Origin: an uncultured Smithella sp.
GTDB lineage: Bacteria; Desulfobacterota; Syntrophia; Syntrophales; Smithellaceae
Length of the DNA: 55,502 nucleotides
Direction of reading: 5' to 3'
Assembly: GCA_964525155.1 (NCBI GenBank)
Contig: CAZGDK010000004.1
Location: 1-55,502, forward strand
Position numbers and translations under genes: made by a program. This document shows, one piece after another, positions 26,899-36,757 of this stretch. The notes beneath the pieces were generated by a model, which worked only from the letters and a program-made list of their open reading frames with translations, was not told where the DNA came from and searched no databases. The stretch's first letter is position 1. The number at the start of each line of letters is the position of its first letter.

Positions 26899-27897
26899 TT
26901 ATATTTTTACGGCCTCGCGGACTTCGTCCATGGTCTGCCGGGCTATTTTGGCCGCCCGCGCGTTTCCGTCCGCAATAATATCATGGATTTGATCCAGATG
27001 GCTGGTATAGTAATCCATCCGCTCATGAACCGGATTCATGGCCGCTTCAATGTTCGCCGCCAGGATTTTCTTGCAATCCGTGCATCCGATGCCGGCCGCG
27101 CGGCACTCTTTGTTAATGGACGCCACCTGATCGGGGCTCGAATACAGTCCGTGGAAGGTAAACACATTGCAGATATCGGGATCGCCCGGGTCTTTTTTCC
27201 TCATGCGCTGCGGATCCGTAAACATGGAGCCCACTTTCTGCCGAAGATCCTGCCCCCGGTCGGAAATATAAATGGAGTTTTCATAGGACTTGCTCATTTT
27301 ACGGCCGTCGATGCCCAAAAGCTTGGGCACACTGGTCAAAAGCGGTTCCGGAACGGGAAAAACTTCTTTCTGGTAAATAAAGTTAAATCGTCTGGCGATT
27401 TCACGCGTCAGCTCGATGTGCGGCAACTGATCCACGCCGACCGGCACACCGTAGGCCTTGTACATGATAATGTCCGCCGCCTGCAAAACGGGGTAGCCCA
27501 AAAAACCGAAGGTGGAGAGGTCTTTGGAGGTCAGCTCCGCCTGCATTTCCTTGTAGGTGGGATTGCGCTGAAGCCACGCCAGCGGCGTAATCATGGACAA
27601 AAGCAAAAAAAGCTCCGCATGCTCTTTCACGGCCGATTGCACAAAAAGGGTGCTTTTTTGGGGATCGAGTCCGGCGGCAAGCCAGTCAATGACCATATTC
27701 ACGCCGTTATCCTTAATACAGTCCGTGGAACTGTACTCGCTGGTGATCGCATGCCAGTCCGCTACGAAATAAAAACAGTCATAGTCTCCGCTTTCCTGCA
27801 AGTTGACCCAGTTGCCCAACGCGCCGTGCAGATTGCCCAGATGCAAACGGCCGGTAGGCCTCATGCCGCTTAGAATTCTTTTCTTTGCCAAAACCAA
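26899..27897 (-). CDS. trpS: Tryptophan--tRNA ligase.
   Basis: The HIGH-region equivalent is TGRLHLGN. KMSKS is present. GYPVLQAADI block. Length 332 aa. Confidence 0.93.
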   Translation of the reverse strand: MVLAKKRILSGMRPTGRLHLGNLHGALGNWVNLQESGDYDCFYFVADWHAITSEYSSTDCIKDNGVNMVIDWLAAGLDPQKSTLFVQSAVKEHAELFLLLSMITPLAWLQRNPTYKEMQAELTSKDLSTFGFLGYPVLQAADIIMYKAYGVPVGVDQLPHIELTREIARRFNFIYQKEVFPVPEPLLTSVPKLLGIDGRKMSKSYENSIYISDRGQDLRQKVGSMFTDPQRMRKKDPGDPDICNVFTFHGLYSSPDQVASINKECRAAGIGCTDCKKILAANIEAAMNPVHERMDYYTSHLDQIHDIIADGNARAAKIARQTMDEVREAVKI

Positions 27898-27934
27898 CGC
27901 TCCTTACCTGAAAAACTTGGGATGAATAAATGCA

Positions 27935-27975
27935 CTAAGGCCTCCGATTGTCAACTCATAATGCGGAGGCCTTAG
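27935..27975 (-). terminator. Hairpin terminator downstream of HU.
   Basis: Perfect 12-bp stem CTAAGGCCTCCG / CGGAGGCCTTAG with a 17-nt loop. On the minus strand it is followed by TGCATTTATT, a modest U tract. Confidence 0.45.
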
Positions 27976-27998
27976 ATCATACATTTTTTCGTAAAATA

Positions 27999-28271
27999 CT
28001 ATTTCACTTTGTCGGCCAGGGTTTTGCCGGCTTTGAATTTTACAACTTTCTTCGCGGGAATTTTAATGGTCTTGCCGGTCTGAGGATTTCTGCCCTCTCT
28101 TGCTTTTCTTTTAATCACGGAGAAGGTGCCGAAGCCGACCAGCCCAAGCTTGCCGTTCTTCTTGAGCTCTTTGGTTACCGCCGTTACATAGGCATCCAAC
28201 GCCGCGCCCGCCGCCACCTTGGAAATACCCGCTTCATTCGCCATAACCTCGATCAATTCTTGCTTGTTCAT
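27999..28271 (-). CDS. hup: DNA-binding protein HU.
   Basis: MNKQELI...GFGTFSV..R.AREGRNPQTG..I.IPA..VVKFKAG..L is the canonical HU pattern. ATG 28271 has a GGGGGA SD 8 nt upstream. The ATG at 28280 in the ORF track has no spacing for an SD. Confidence 0.9.
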   Translation of the reverse strand: MNKQELIEVMANEAGISKVAAGAALDAYVTAVTKELKKNGKLGLVGFGTFSVIKRKAREGRNPQTGKTIKIPAKKVVKFKAGKTLADKVK

Positions 28272-28667
28272 TCTCTTCATCCCCCTTTCATAAAATTAAA
28301 CGTTTAATTTTATAACCTGCCGCCTCCCGCGGACGTCTTATTCAATGATTTACAGCGCTGCTTATTCATGTATGAGACGAAGCATCGAATTGCTTCAAAT
28401 TTGCGCTACGCCTAACACATAATAAATCAACACGCAAGAAAAAAGTGCCCGCAAATCGTGTGCGATTCAACAATAGCGCACATTTCAGGCAACTTGTCCC
28501 CGCGCAGGCTCATCACGTTCGACAGGCTTTCCACTTCAGCGCCGCCTGAAAAAAAACCGTTCAACTTTTTTAACCTGACAACCGATAATATAAACAGTCG
28601 TCGTTTTTTCTGTTTTTGTTCTTGCAGCAACCATTGCAACCGACTTCTAACCTCCATAGAGCTGACC

Positions 28668-30884
28668 ATGCGGTATTTTAAGCACATAAATACACTTATA
28701 TTTTCAGTTTTTATCATGATGTGCTTCTTGTTGTCGCAGGCATTTGCCTCAAACGAATGGCCGTCTTCTAAGACGCGGCCCATGCCGGATGCCGTCGGTA
28801 AAACCGATCAAATGATGGTCAAATACCGTGATGCGTCATTTGTGCAAAGCGCCGTGTCCGGGAAAATATCGTCTGAAAAAATTGAGGCGCATGTCAATCG
28901 CCTCCGGATGATCTCCGGCGAGCAGCTTGCTCACTATCGTTTTCTGTCCGGCGAAGGCCATGTTTTAAAGCTGTCGCGTAAAATGACTCGAGCCGAGGCG
29001 CAGAACCTCGCACGAATCTTGAAAAAAGACCCGAGTATTGTATTCGCGGAACCGGATATCCGCATGGTCCGGGTTTCAACGCCCAATGATCCTTATTTCT
29101 ATAATCAGTGGAATTATAAATCGCCTTACGCTCCGGATTACGAACCGGCCGGCATCAATCTGCCCCGGGCCTGGGATTTGACATATGGACAAACAGCCGC
29201 CGTGGTGGCGGTTCTTGACACGGGCATTGTCGCCCACACCGATCTGGCGAACCGTTGGCTTTCGGGATACGATTTTATTTCCGACGTCCATTCAGCCAAT
29301 GACGGCGACGGCCGGGACTCAAACCCGGCCGATCCCGGTGACTGGATCACGCCGGAGGAAAGCAATACCCCGGGCAATCCTTTTTATGAATGCACGGTGG
29401 AAGACAGCAGCTGGCATGGCACGCATATCGCCGGAATCTTAAGCGCCGTCTCGGACAACGGCATCGGCGTCGCCGGCATCGGCGCATCTTTACAAATTCT
29501 TCCCGTGCGCGTTCTGGGCAAGTGCGGCGGCTATGCCTCCGATGTTATCGACGGCATGAGATGGGCGGCGGGCCTTGCCGTAACCGGAGCCCCCGCCAAC
29601 GCCGCTCCCGCCCGGGTTCTTAATTTAAGTCTGGGGGGCGACGGAGCATGCGGATATTTCATGCAGCTTGCCGTAAACGAAATCCTTGCGGCAGGGGGTG
29701 TGATCGTCGCCGCGGCTGGAAATAATAACGGCGATGTCTCGTTATATACGCCGGCCAATTGCGAAGGCGTCTTAAGCGTCGCCGCTCTTGATCGCTCGGG
29801 GGGCCGGGCGTCCTACAGCAACTACGGGACCGGGATTAAAATTGCCGCGCCGGGGGGATCAGGTTCGGACGGTATTGTCTCTACGTTCAATGCCGGAAAA
29901 ACGTCTCCGGTTCCCTCGCCCAACGGGGATACGTATGCCCGCTACTCGGGAACCAGCATGTCGACGCCCCATGCGGCGGGCGTCGCATCCTTGATATTGA
30001 CGCTCAATCCTTCTTTCACCCCTGATCAGATTCAGGCAAGGCTTCAGTCTTCCGCACGCGCGTTCCCTGCGGGAACGGGATCGGACTGCACAACATCGAC
30101 CTGCGGCGCGGGCATTGTGGATGCGGCTGCCGCAGTTGCCGCCGATGTATTCATTGAAATAACGGAAATGCCGGAAGCCGAACCGGCCTATACAATCCAG
30201 GTTGCAAACGAGGGACCCGGCCCCGCCGATGCTGTTGTCGTGAGCATTCTTATTCCCGATTTTGTTTCTTTGAGATCGATTTCCCCAAGCCGGGGGGCGT
30301 GCGACACATCGGGTCAAATTACGTGCAAACTGGGCAATTTGCCTGTCTCGGAAAGAGCAACGATTGCACTGTCTTTGCAACCCGCCTCAGCCGGCGAATT
30401 TAAAATCTCGGCTGCCGTCGCCTCCGGCATTTATGATCAAAATACGGCAAATAACATCGCATCCGCGACGTCTTTCATTGAACTGTCGGCAACACAGACT
30501 CGTGCATCAGGCGGGGGCGGCGGAGGTTGCTTTATCGCCACGGCGGCCTATGGGTCTTCTGTGGAAAAGCATGTGCGCATTCTGCGGGCGTTTCGAGACC
30601 GTATTCTTCTGACCAGGCCCGAAGGCCGGAAGCTGGTGCAATTTTATTACAGGACAAGCCCGGCGATTGCGGCCCGGATTCAGCGATCCGACACTTTGCG
30701 TTTGATGACACGCGTCGGTTTGTTGCCGATGGTCGGCATGGCTTACGCCGCACTGACCGGCGGCACAGGCGGCGTTCTTTTGGTCCTGCTGACATTGATG
30801 CTGACCGCGCACGCCTTATTCGAAAGTATCCGCCGATATTTTCTCCAGTGGCGTTGCAATCCCCAAAGACATGTTACACGGTGA
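28668..30884 (+). CDS. Secreted subtilisin-like S8 serine protease with a DUF11-like repeat and a C-terminal Gly6[10 protein letters not shown] module plus a terminal TM helix.
   Basis: Catalytic triad blocks AVLDTGI, HGTHIAG and [11 protein letters not shown]. Signal peptide from Met at 28668 ([27 protein letters not shown]). The C-terminus carries [16 protein letters not shown]...LRAFRDRIL...YYRTSPAIA followed by a hydrophobic helix. Confidence 0.85.
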   Translation: MRYFKHINTLIFSVFIMMCFLLSQAFASNEWPSSKTRPMPDAVGKTDQMMVKYRDASFVQSAVSGKISSEKIEAHVNRLRMISGEQLAHYRFLSGEGHVLKLSRKMTRAEAQNLARILKKDPSIVFAEPDIRMVRVSTPNDPYFYNQWNYKSPYAPDYEPAGINLPRAWDLTYGQTAAVVAVLDTGIVAHTDLANRWLSGYDFISDVHSANDGDGRDSNPADPGDWITPEESNTPGNPFYECTVEDSSWHGTHIAGILSAVSDNGIGVAGIGASLQILPVRVLGKCGGYASDVIDGMRWAAGLAVTGAPANAAPARVLNLSLGGDGACGYFMQLAVNEILAAGGVIVAAAGNNNGDVSLYTPANCEGVLSVAALDRSGGRASYSNYGTGIKIAAPGGSGSDGIVSTFNAGKTSPVPSPNGDTYARYSGTSMSTPHAAGVASLILTLNPSFTPDQIQARLQSSARAFPAGTGSDCTTSTCGAGIVDAAAAVAADVFIEITEMPEAEPAYTIQVANEGPGPADAVVVSILIPDFVSLRSISPSRGACDTSGQITCKLGNLPVSERATIALSLQPASAGEFKISAAVASGIYDQNTANNIASATSFIELSATQTRASGGGGGGCFIATAAYGSSVEKHVRILRAFRDRILLTRPEGRKLVQFYYRTSPAIAARIQRSDTLRLMTRVGLLPMVGMAYAALTGGTGGVLLVLLTLMLTAHALFESIRRYFLQWRCNPQRHVTR

Positions 30885-32052
30885 TGCCCAGCGATTCACA
30901 AAGAATTTCGACCGGATCATAAGCCGTCATGCCGGAGAGTCCGCCCAGTTGCATCCGGCAGGAGCCGCAGTCGGCGACAATCGCCTCCGCGCCGGTTTTT
31001 TTAACGAGCGCCACGGCGCGCTGGCCCAGTTGAATCGCCGTTCCTTCATTGATCTTCTTAAATCCGTAGCTGCCGTTGAGTCCACAACAGGCGTCATCGA
31101 GAATTCTGCATTCAATCCCCGGAATCCGTTTCAGTAAATTGGCCGCCGGATACCCGATACGAAGCGCCCGCAAATGACAGGGAATATGATAAGCCAGTGT
31201 TCGTTTCACTTCTTTAAATTCAGGTTGGACGGCCTTCTCCTCCATCAGTTTGAGAATATACTCATGCAGGTCATAGCTGTTTTCCGCGATTTTTTTTGCC
31301 TCGGGGATGTCCATAATGCCCTGATAGTCGTGCAGGAGGCAAAGCCCGCAGGAGGTGCAGGTGTAAATGACATCATAGCCGGCATCAATATAATTGGATA
31401 AGGACTCGACGTTTTTCCGTGCAAAAGACCGCGCCAGCGCCAGATTCCCGTTGCCCAGCGCGGGCAGGCCGCAGCACCATTGCGGCGGCAAAACCACGTC
31501 GACGGAAAAAGATTGCAGCAGATGGACAATTTTTCTGCCGATGTCGGGACGGTAAAAATTAATAAAGCATCCGTGGAAAAAGGCGACTTTGCGCACCGAC
31601 CGGCTGCGCTTTTTCTTTTCCCAGCGCAGCGTTTTGAAACTGAACCTGGGAAACGGAATATACGTAGCGATCCCCATGCGCTGAAATATTTTTTTGCCGA
31701 TTTTCGTCGCGGCCACCTTATTGGCGATAGGCGCCGTAATCGACCCGAGGGTGGAGAGGTAATAATTGTTGGCAAAAAGCAGATGCGCCGCCGTATGCGG
31801 GTGTTCCAGGCCGTAGCGCTGCTGCGCGCGCAGAATCATCTGCGCGGGCTCCACGCCGCAGGGGCAGGCCATGTCGCAGCGCTTGCACTGGCTGCACAGC
31901 ATGACCCATTCATCAACCGATTTTTCGCGGTCGCTGCGGAAGCGCTGCGCGTCGGGCCCCGCCTGCTTGGGACCGGGAAAGTTTGGATTGACGCGGAAGA
32001 CGGGACAGTTTTCCACGCAAATCGTGCAACGGATGCAGTGTTCATAATTCAT
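30874..32052 (-). CDS. glpC: Anaerobic glycerol-3-phosphate dehydrogenase subunit C (Fe-S, CCG domains).
   Basis: [34 protein letters not shown] parallels the E. coli GlpC N-terminus. A second cluster is [12 protein letters not shown]. The start at 32052 gives an ATGA overlap with the glpB stop. Confidence 0.85.
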   Translation of the reverse strand: MNYEHCIRCTICVENCPVFRVNPNFPGPKQAGPDAQRFRSDREKSVDEWVMLCSQCKRCDMACPCGVEPAQMILRAQQRYGLEHPHTAAHLLFANNYYLSTLGSITAPIANKVAATKIGKKIFQRMGIATYIPFPRFSFKTLRWEKKKRSRSVRKVAFFHGCFINFYRPDIGRKIVHLLQSFSVDVVLPPQWCCGLPALGNGNLALARSFARKNVESLSNYIDAGYDVIYTCTSCGLCLLHDYQGIMDIPEAKKIAENSYDLHEYILKLMEEKAVQPEFKEVKRTLAYHIPCHLRALRIGYPAANLLKRIPGIECRILDDACCGLNGSYGFKKINEGTAIQLGQRAVALVKKTGAEAIVADCGSCRMQLGGLSGMTAYDPVEILCESLGITV

Positions 32053-33245
32053 CTCAGGTACTCCAGACAATGCGTCGCCGCCGCATGCGCCGAGGCGATG
32101 GCAAACCCGTGGCCGCAGCCATTCTTCAACGCTTCCAGACGCGCGAGAATCGCGCCGCAGGCAAAGATATTTTCCCAAGGACCATCCGCCGGACGAAAGG
32201 ATGAATCCACGACGATGCCCGCCTTGCCGATGCCGTGGCCGGCTGAAAAATAATCCTGCTCATACCAGTCTTCCCATTTTCCCGGCACGAAGACGGGCAA
32301 ATCAAACACGTTTTCCGTAATGGTCTCCCGCCGGGCAGTCAGCCCGCCGCCGACAAATGAGCCCGTAGCCAGAATAAACGCCCGGGCGTTGAGACTTGTT
32401 GGCCTGCCTTGCGACTCGGCCATCACCGCCTCGATTTGCTTTCCGGATTTTTCCACGCCGATCACCGGCCAGCCCCAGTAAATCACGCCGCCTTTGCGGC
32501 GGTACTGGTCTTTCAAGGCGTTAAACAGCCTTCGACCGGGCATGGACGGCGGAATCGTGGGAATCTCAAACACCGGCCGCTCCAGGCGATACTCGATTTT
32601 GCGAATAATCTCATCCGCCGATTCCAGGCCCAGGACGGCGGGAACGGCAATTTTGTCTTCATGGATGCAAAGCTGCTCCATCCACAGAATAAACGCCTCC
32701 AGAAAGGCCTCGTCTTCAAAACGGGCGGCAATGCCCATGGTCGTGGCGGCGCCGGCGTCGTACGTCGAAAAAGAAGCGTTTTTCAAACGCGCCGTGATAT
32801 AGCTGGGATAAAAATCCTTCAGGCCCGCAAACGTCACGATGTGTATCTTCTCGTCTTCCTTTTGCGCGGAGGCTTCCATGGTTGAAGGCGTAAGACAGGT
32901 GGTTTTAAACGCGCCGATGGCGGAAAGGATCCTCCTGTTTTTTTCGGGATCTCCCGCATACGACAGATCCATCTCCGCCATGCGCGCCTGAAAATCCGTC
33001 AGAGCCTCGCGGATCAACTCCCCTGGAACCTCGCGAAACGGATGCCCAAGCGGCAGTCCGGCAACGCCCAGCAGGGGATTCTCATCGCGCGAACAGACAT
33101 CAATGCAGCCCGTGGACAGACAGACGGTGGACTCGCCGGTCGTCACCAGCGCGACTTTCAATCCTTCTTTTGCAAGCCGTGTTCCCGCGGTCAGGCCCGC
33201 CACACCTGCTCCGATGACAATGACATCGAATTCGGTCACGCTCAC
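32049..33245 (-). CDS. glpB: Anaerobic glycerol-3-phosphate dehydrogenase subunit B.
   Basis: FAD fold FDVIVIGAGVAGLTAG. Position between glpA and glpC. GTG 33245 forms a GTGA overlap with the glpA stop. Confidence 0.8.
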   Translation of the reverse strand: MSVTEFDVIVIGAGVAGLTAGTRLAKEGLKVALVTTGESTVCLSTGCIDVCSRDENPLLGVAGLPLGHPFREVPGELIREALTDFQARMAEMDLSYAGDPEKNRRILSAIGAFKTTCLTPSTMEASAQKEDEKIHIVTFAGLKDFYPSYITARLKNASFSTYDAGAATTMGIAARFEDEAFLEAFILWMEQLCIHEDKIAVPAVLGLESADEIIRKIEYRLERPVFEIPTIPPSMPGRRLFNALKDQYRRKGGVIYWGWPVIGVEKSGKQIEAVMAESQGRPTSLNARAFILATGSFVGGGLTARRETITENVFDLPVFVPGKWEDWYEQDYFSAGHGIGKAGIVVDSSFRPADGPWENIFACGAILARLEALKNGCGHGFAIASAHAAATHCLEYLR

Positions 33246-34744
33246 TTGTTTTTCTCCATCGCCAGAATACCCAGATAAATATATTCGACAAGTTGTTCTT
33301 CGCGCAATTGATCGCCCCACAGCGCATAACGAATGCCGCGAAACCGCCTCTGGAGAAATTCGCGCTGGGATTGCATGGATTGCTCCGCCGTCAGCATATT
33401 CATTTCATGCATGATGCCGATGGCCCGAAACGTACAGAAACCGCCCTGGCACGGCCCCATCCCAAGGCGCGTGCGATGAGAAATATCGCCGACATTTCTC
33501 GTTCCCGTCTCATCGATGATGCGCTCCACATCCTTGCGGTCCACCAGCTCGCATTCACAGACAATATCCTTCATGCCGGCCAGGCGCTTGGAAAGGGGAT
33601 AGCCGCTCAATTCGTCCTGCCCGTCGAGCGGTTTTTCGGCGGTTTCGCACGCCCTTTTGAGATTAAAGGCATTCATAACGGTGTCCACCATCTTCTCGGC
33701 CATGAGCCGAAACGTGGTGAGCTTTCCGCCGACGATGCTGTAAAGACCGTTTTCATGATTGATGATCTGAAATCCGCGCGATATTTCCCGGCTGTCGCTT
33801 TTGGATGATTTCAACAGGGGCCGGACTCCGGAAAACGCACGGATCACGCGCGTCTTATTGAAATGCGGAATCATCCGTCCAGCCTCGACAATGATCGTAT
33901 CCACTTCGCTTGCCTGAATGGGGATTTTATCCGGGTCTTCCACGGCAAGCGACGTCGTTCCCGCCAGGCACACGGCTTCATTGGGTACAATGATGTCGCC
34001 GTCGGAAGCGGGACGCAGGCGATTGATAACCATATCCGTCAGACGATGATTGGTGATGACGAGCGACCCCTTGGACAACGTGATGGGCACCTCGCAGCCG
34101 GCAAGCCTTGCGACCAGGTCGGTCCAGGCGCCGGAAGCGTTGACAATGATGTTGCCGTGTATTTCCCTGATTTCGCCGGTTGACTGATCGAGCGCCTTCA
34201 CGCCGATGCACCGGCCGTGAGATTTCACAACATCGATCACTTTGTGGCGTATAAAAATGATGCCGTCATGCATTTGCGACGTCCGGATGTTGAGCATGCA
34301 CAACCGGAAGGGATCGATCGAACAGTCCGGCACCCGGATGGCCTCTTCGAGCTCCGGATTGAGGTTGGGCACCAGCTCCAGCGCTTTTGTGGACGACATA
34401 ACATCCGTGGGAATGCCCACCTCGTCGCAGCTGCGCAGAAATCGTTCCCGGTAGCGCTTGGAATCGCCGGGCAGCCGCACAAAAAGCCCTCCGGTCTGCT
34501 CCACGCATTTCTGCCCGATGCGCCGAAGAATCAGATTTTCATCATAACATTCTTTCGCCGCTACCGGATCGGACACCGCATAACGGCCGCCGCTGTGCAG
34601 CAGGCCGTGGCATGCCCCCGTGGCGCCCGCCGCGAAATCCCCCTTCTCAATCAGACAATGCGGGATGCCCCGAAGCGCCAGATCCCGCGCGATCCCGCAT
34701 CCCGTGGCCCCCCCGCCGATAATGATGACATCCGTTTTAATCAT
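33242..34744 (-). CDS. glpA: Anaerobic glycerol-3-phosphate dehydrogenase subunit A (FAD, BFD-like 2Fe-2S domain).
   Basis: DVIIIGGGATGCGIARDLALRG dinucleotide fold. C-terminal CECELV...GMGPCQGGFC is a BFD-like Cys motif. Confidence 0.9.
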   Translation of the reverse strand: MIKTDVIIIGGGATGCGIARDLALRGIPHCLIEKGDFAAGATGACHGLLHSGGRYAVSDPVAAKECYDENLILRRIGQKCVEQTGGLFVRLPGDSKRYRERFLRSCDEVGIPTDVMSSTKALELVPNLNPELEEAIRVPDCSIDPFRLCMLNIRTSQMHDGIIFIRHKVIDVVKSHGRCIGVKALDQSTGEIREIHGNIIVNASGAWTDLVARLAGCEVPITLSKGSLVITNHRLTDMVINRLRPASDGDIIVPNEAVCLAGTTSLAVEDPDKIPIQASEVDTIIVEAGRMIPHFNKTRVIRAFSGVRPLLKSSKSDSREISRGFQIINHENGLYSIVGGKLTTFRLMAEKMVDTVMNAFNLKRACETAEKPLDGQDELSGYPLSKRLAGMKDIVCECELVDRKDVERIIDETGTRNVGDISHRTRLGMGPCQGGFCTFRAIGIMHEMNMLTAEQSMQSQREFLQRRFRGIRYALWGDQLREEQLVEYIYLGILAMEKNK

Positions 34745-35541
34745 AGTCTTCTTTTGACCGTCTTATCCGACGACGCCGCCCTCCCCGGCTTTTCTTCCGG
34801 GCGTTTTGTTTGCATCCCTGCGTCAAATAAAACTGCGATCGTTAAGCGGACTTTATCGTTTCTTTACACCGAACCGATCATATCGCATAATGTTATTTTA
34901 TTTTCACCTGCATTAATCCGATCCGAGTTCCAGACTTAACAGTCCGCAAAAAATTTTCGGCTCAATTATTCACGAGGAATGTCTTAATGTCCAGAACAAC
35001 CTCAATTTTATGGATATTTTTTATCCGTTCATCCCTTCCGGAAACGCCCCGAAAGCCTCAAAACCCTATTGCCTTTTTTGCCATATTTTGCTTGACTTAT
35101 TTTCCCCGCCAGTGCATTGTATTCCACATAGCGACATATTGTGCCACATAGAGGCACTGAAACGCAGTTAGGACGACGGACGACCTGATGCAGCGCCTTA
35201 CACCACCTGTCATCTTTTAAAAGGTCCTTCGACATCCCAGTCCAAAGAGTCATTTTCGTATCCCGACCAGGGCTTCGGGGCGATAAAGCTCTCGTGATTC
35301 GTCCTTCCATTGCGTTTTGCCGCATGGACATCAAAGAAAGGAGGGGATGCTTTACTATTCTGAACGCTTCGCTTGAGGTGAAAGAACGGGGAACCTGATC
35401 ATACATTCAGGCAACAGGTTCATAAATTCTTTCGGCATGACGTCGCGTTTTGATGCACGTAGTCAACAGGCTCTTCACAAACCGGGGGTGGAAGGGAGAA
35501 ATTAAAAAAACATTCTTTAACCTTATGGAAGAGGGTATTGT

Positions 35542-36693
35542 ATGAAGCTAAAATCTATTCAAACTCTTTCGGCTTTTGCAATCATGTGTCTGCTTGTAAC
35601 AGGCATGACCATTTCAAAAGCCCATGCGCAATGGTGGACCTCATCATCCAGTTCTTCTACATCAGGATGGTGGAGTTCTTCATCATCCAGTTCATCTTCA
35701 AGTTCGTCATCCAGTTCCAGTTCCAGCAGCGGCGCGTCCGGAGCCACAACCATTGTGCCGGATTCGACCTGGACATGCGGCATGCCGGGCGGCATTCCCG
35801 ATCCAAGCAGTGGAACACTGGTTTTTAAAACCACATTAACAGCCGGCACACCGCTGCAGGTGGGGACAACGCCCTATGGCACAAGGCGAATCACGCCCAT
35901 TTCGGGAGGAACCTTGAGCGGCGGAACCCTGAGCGGATCCATTTCAAGCGGCGCCATTGATTTCGATTTGTTTTTGCCCAGCGGCGCTATTGAACATGAA
36001 AGCCGCTATACCATTAAACCTTCAAGCTCCACCGTTATCTACATGCGCAATTGCGGCGTGGCCGACGGCAGCGACGTGCGTTTTGTCGCGGAGTTTGAAG
36101 CGCCCACCAGCGGCTCTTACAGCTCGCTCAACAGCGGCACGTATATTGGAAAGCGTCAAGTAACATCGAGCGGGATTGTTCTTTCGGTCTACAAATTGTC
36201 GTCATCCACGCCCAACCCCGCCCACACGGTCGTAAAGACACCCGCCGATTCGTCTCTAAAACAGCAGGCCTGGAACTGCACCGGCCCCGGCAGCAGCGCG
36301 GCGCAGGGCAATTCAGTGACAACCGCCAAGGTCAACATCGGCTCTTCGCTTTCGGTGGGCACATCCAAATACGGCCGACGCACCATTATTCCGATCACCG
36401 GCGGGACCGTGAGCGGCACAGGCCTCTCGGGCAGCGTCAGCGCCGGCGGCGCGGACTACCAGTTATCGACCAATGCGGGCTATCAGATTGAAGCACGCTA
36501 CACCATAAAAGCGTCTAACGGCGAATATATTGTCGTGCGCAACTGCGGCGACTTCGGAACGTCCGACCTGACCAACATTCTGTTCGAGGCCAAAAAAGAC
36601 GGCGCATACAACTGGCTCAACACGGGCTCGTTTGTCGGCACGCTGACCACCGGCATCGGACGTGTCACCATCGGTGTTTACGAGCGAAAATAA
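35542..36693 (+). CDS. Secreted protein: signal peptide, QWW-polySer-GWW-polySer leader, then two tandem DUF3237-like beta-barrel domains.
   Basis: Signal peptide ends AHA|QWW. Two internal repeats carry the DUF3237-type pattern (YGTRRITPISGG..SG..SSGAIDF...ESRYTIK...IYMRNCG and YGRRTIIPITGGTVSG..LSGSVSAGGADYQ...EARYTIK..GEYIVVRNCG). Confidence 0.65.
   Translation: MKLKSIQTLSAFAIMCLLVTGMTISKAHAQWWTSSSSSSTSGWWSSSSSSSSSSSSSSSSSSSGASGATTIVPDSTWTCGMPGGIPDPSSGTLVFKTTLTAGTPLQVGTTPYGTRRITPISGGTLSGGTLSGSISSGAIDFDLFLPSGAIEHESRYTIKPSSSTVIYMRNCGVADGSDVRFVAEFEAPTSGSYSSLNSGTYIGKRQVTSSGIVLSVYKLSSSTPNPAHTVVKTPADSSLKQQAWNCTGPGSSAAQGNSVTTAKVNIGSSLSVGTSKYGRRTIIPITGGTVSGTGLSGSVSAGGADYQLSTNAGYQIEARYTIKASNGEYIVVRNCGDFGTSDLTNILFEAKKDGAYNWLNTGSFVGTLTTGIGRVTIGVYERK
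35629..35730 (+). repeat. Coding low-complexity tract: QWW-T-S6-TSG-WW-S19.
   Basis: Read codon by codon. There are 19 consecutive Ser codons using mixed AGY/TCN. Confidence 0.9.
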
Positions 36694-36757
36694 ATTGTTT
36701 TGGGGCAGGCTTATTAATTAACTTAACAACGATCACCTTATGGAGGAGGCAAATGCT

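Noticed and set aside
26872-27873. A 333-aa ORF antisense to trpS.
   Set aside because: It is long only because of codon-bias mirroring. The trpS frame carries the TGRLHLGN HIGH-region equivalent and KMSKS. The antisense product is Arg/His/Gly-rich without motifs.
28458-28667. A 70-codon N-terminal extension of the S8 protease in the ORF track.
   Set aside because: The extension is Cys/Phe/Asn-rich and would bury the clear signal peptide that begins at the Met at 28668. I therefore start the gene at 28668.
31480-32253. A 257-aa ORF antisense to glpC, the 42-codon upstream extension of glpC (32053-32178), and the 25-codon upstream extension of glpB (33246-33320).
   Set aside because: The ATGA (32049-32052) and GTGA (33242-33245) coupling junctions, and similarity of the shorter products to the E. 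coli GlpC/GlpB N-termini, argue for the shorter genes.
35029-35406. A 125-aa minus-strand ORF in the glpA / secreted-protein intergenic region.
   Set aside because: No SD, no signal or motif, odd composition. I keep the region as non-coding or regulatory, though a small protein cannot be excluded.
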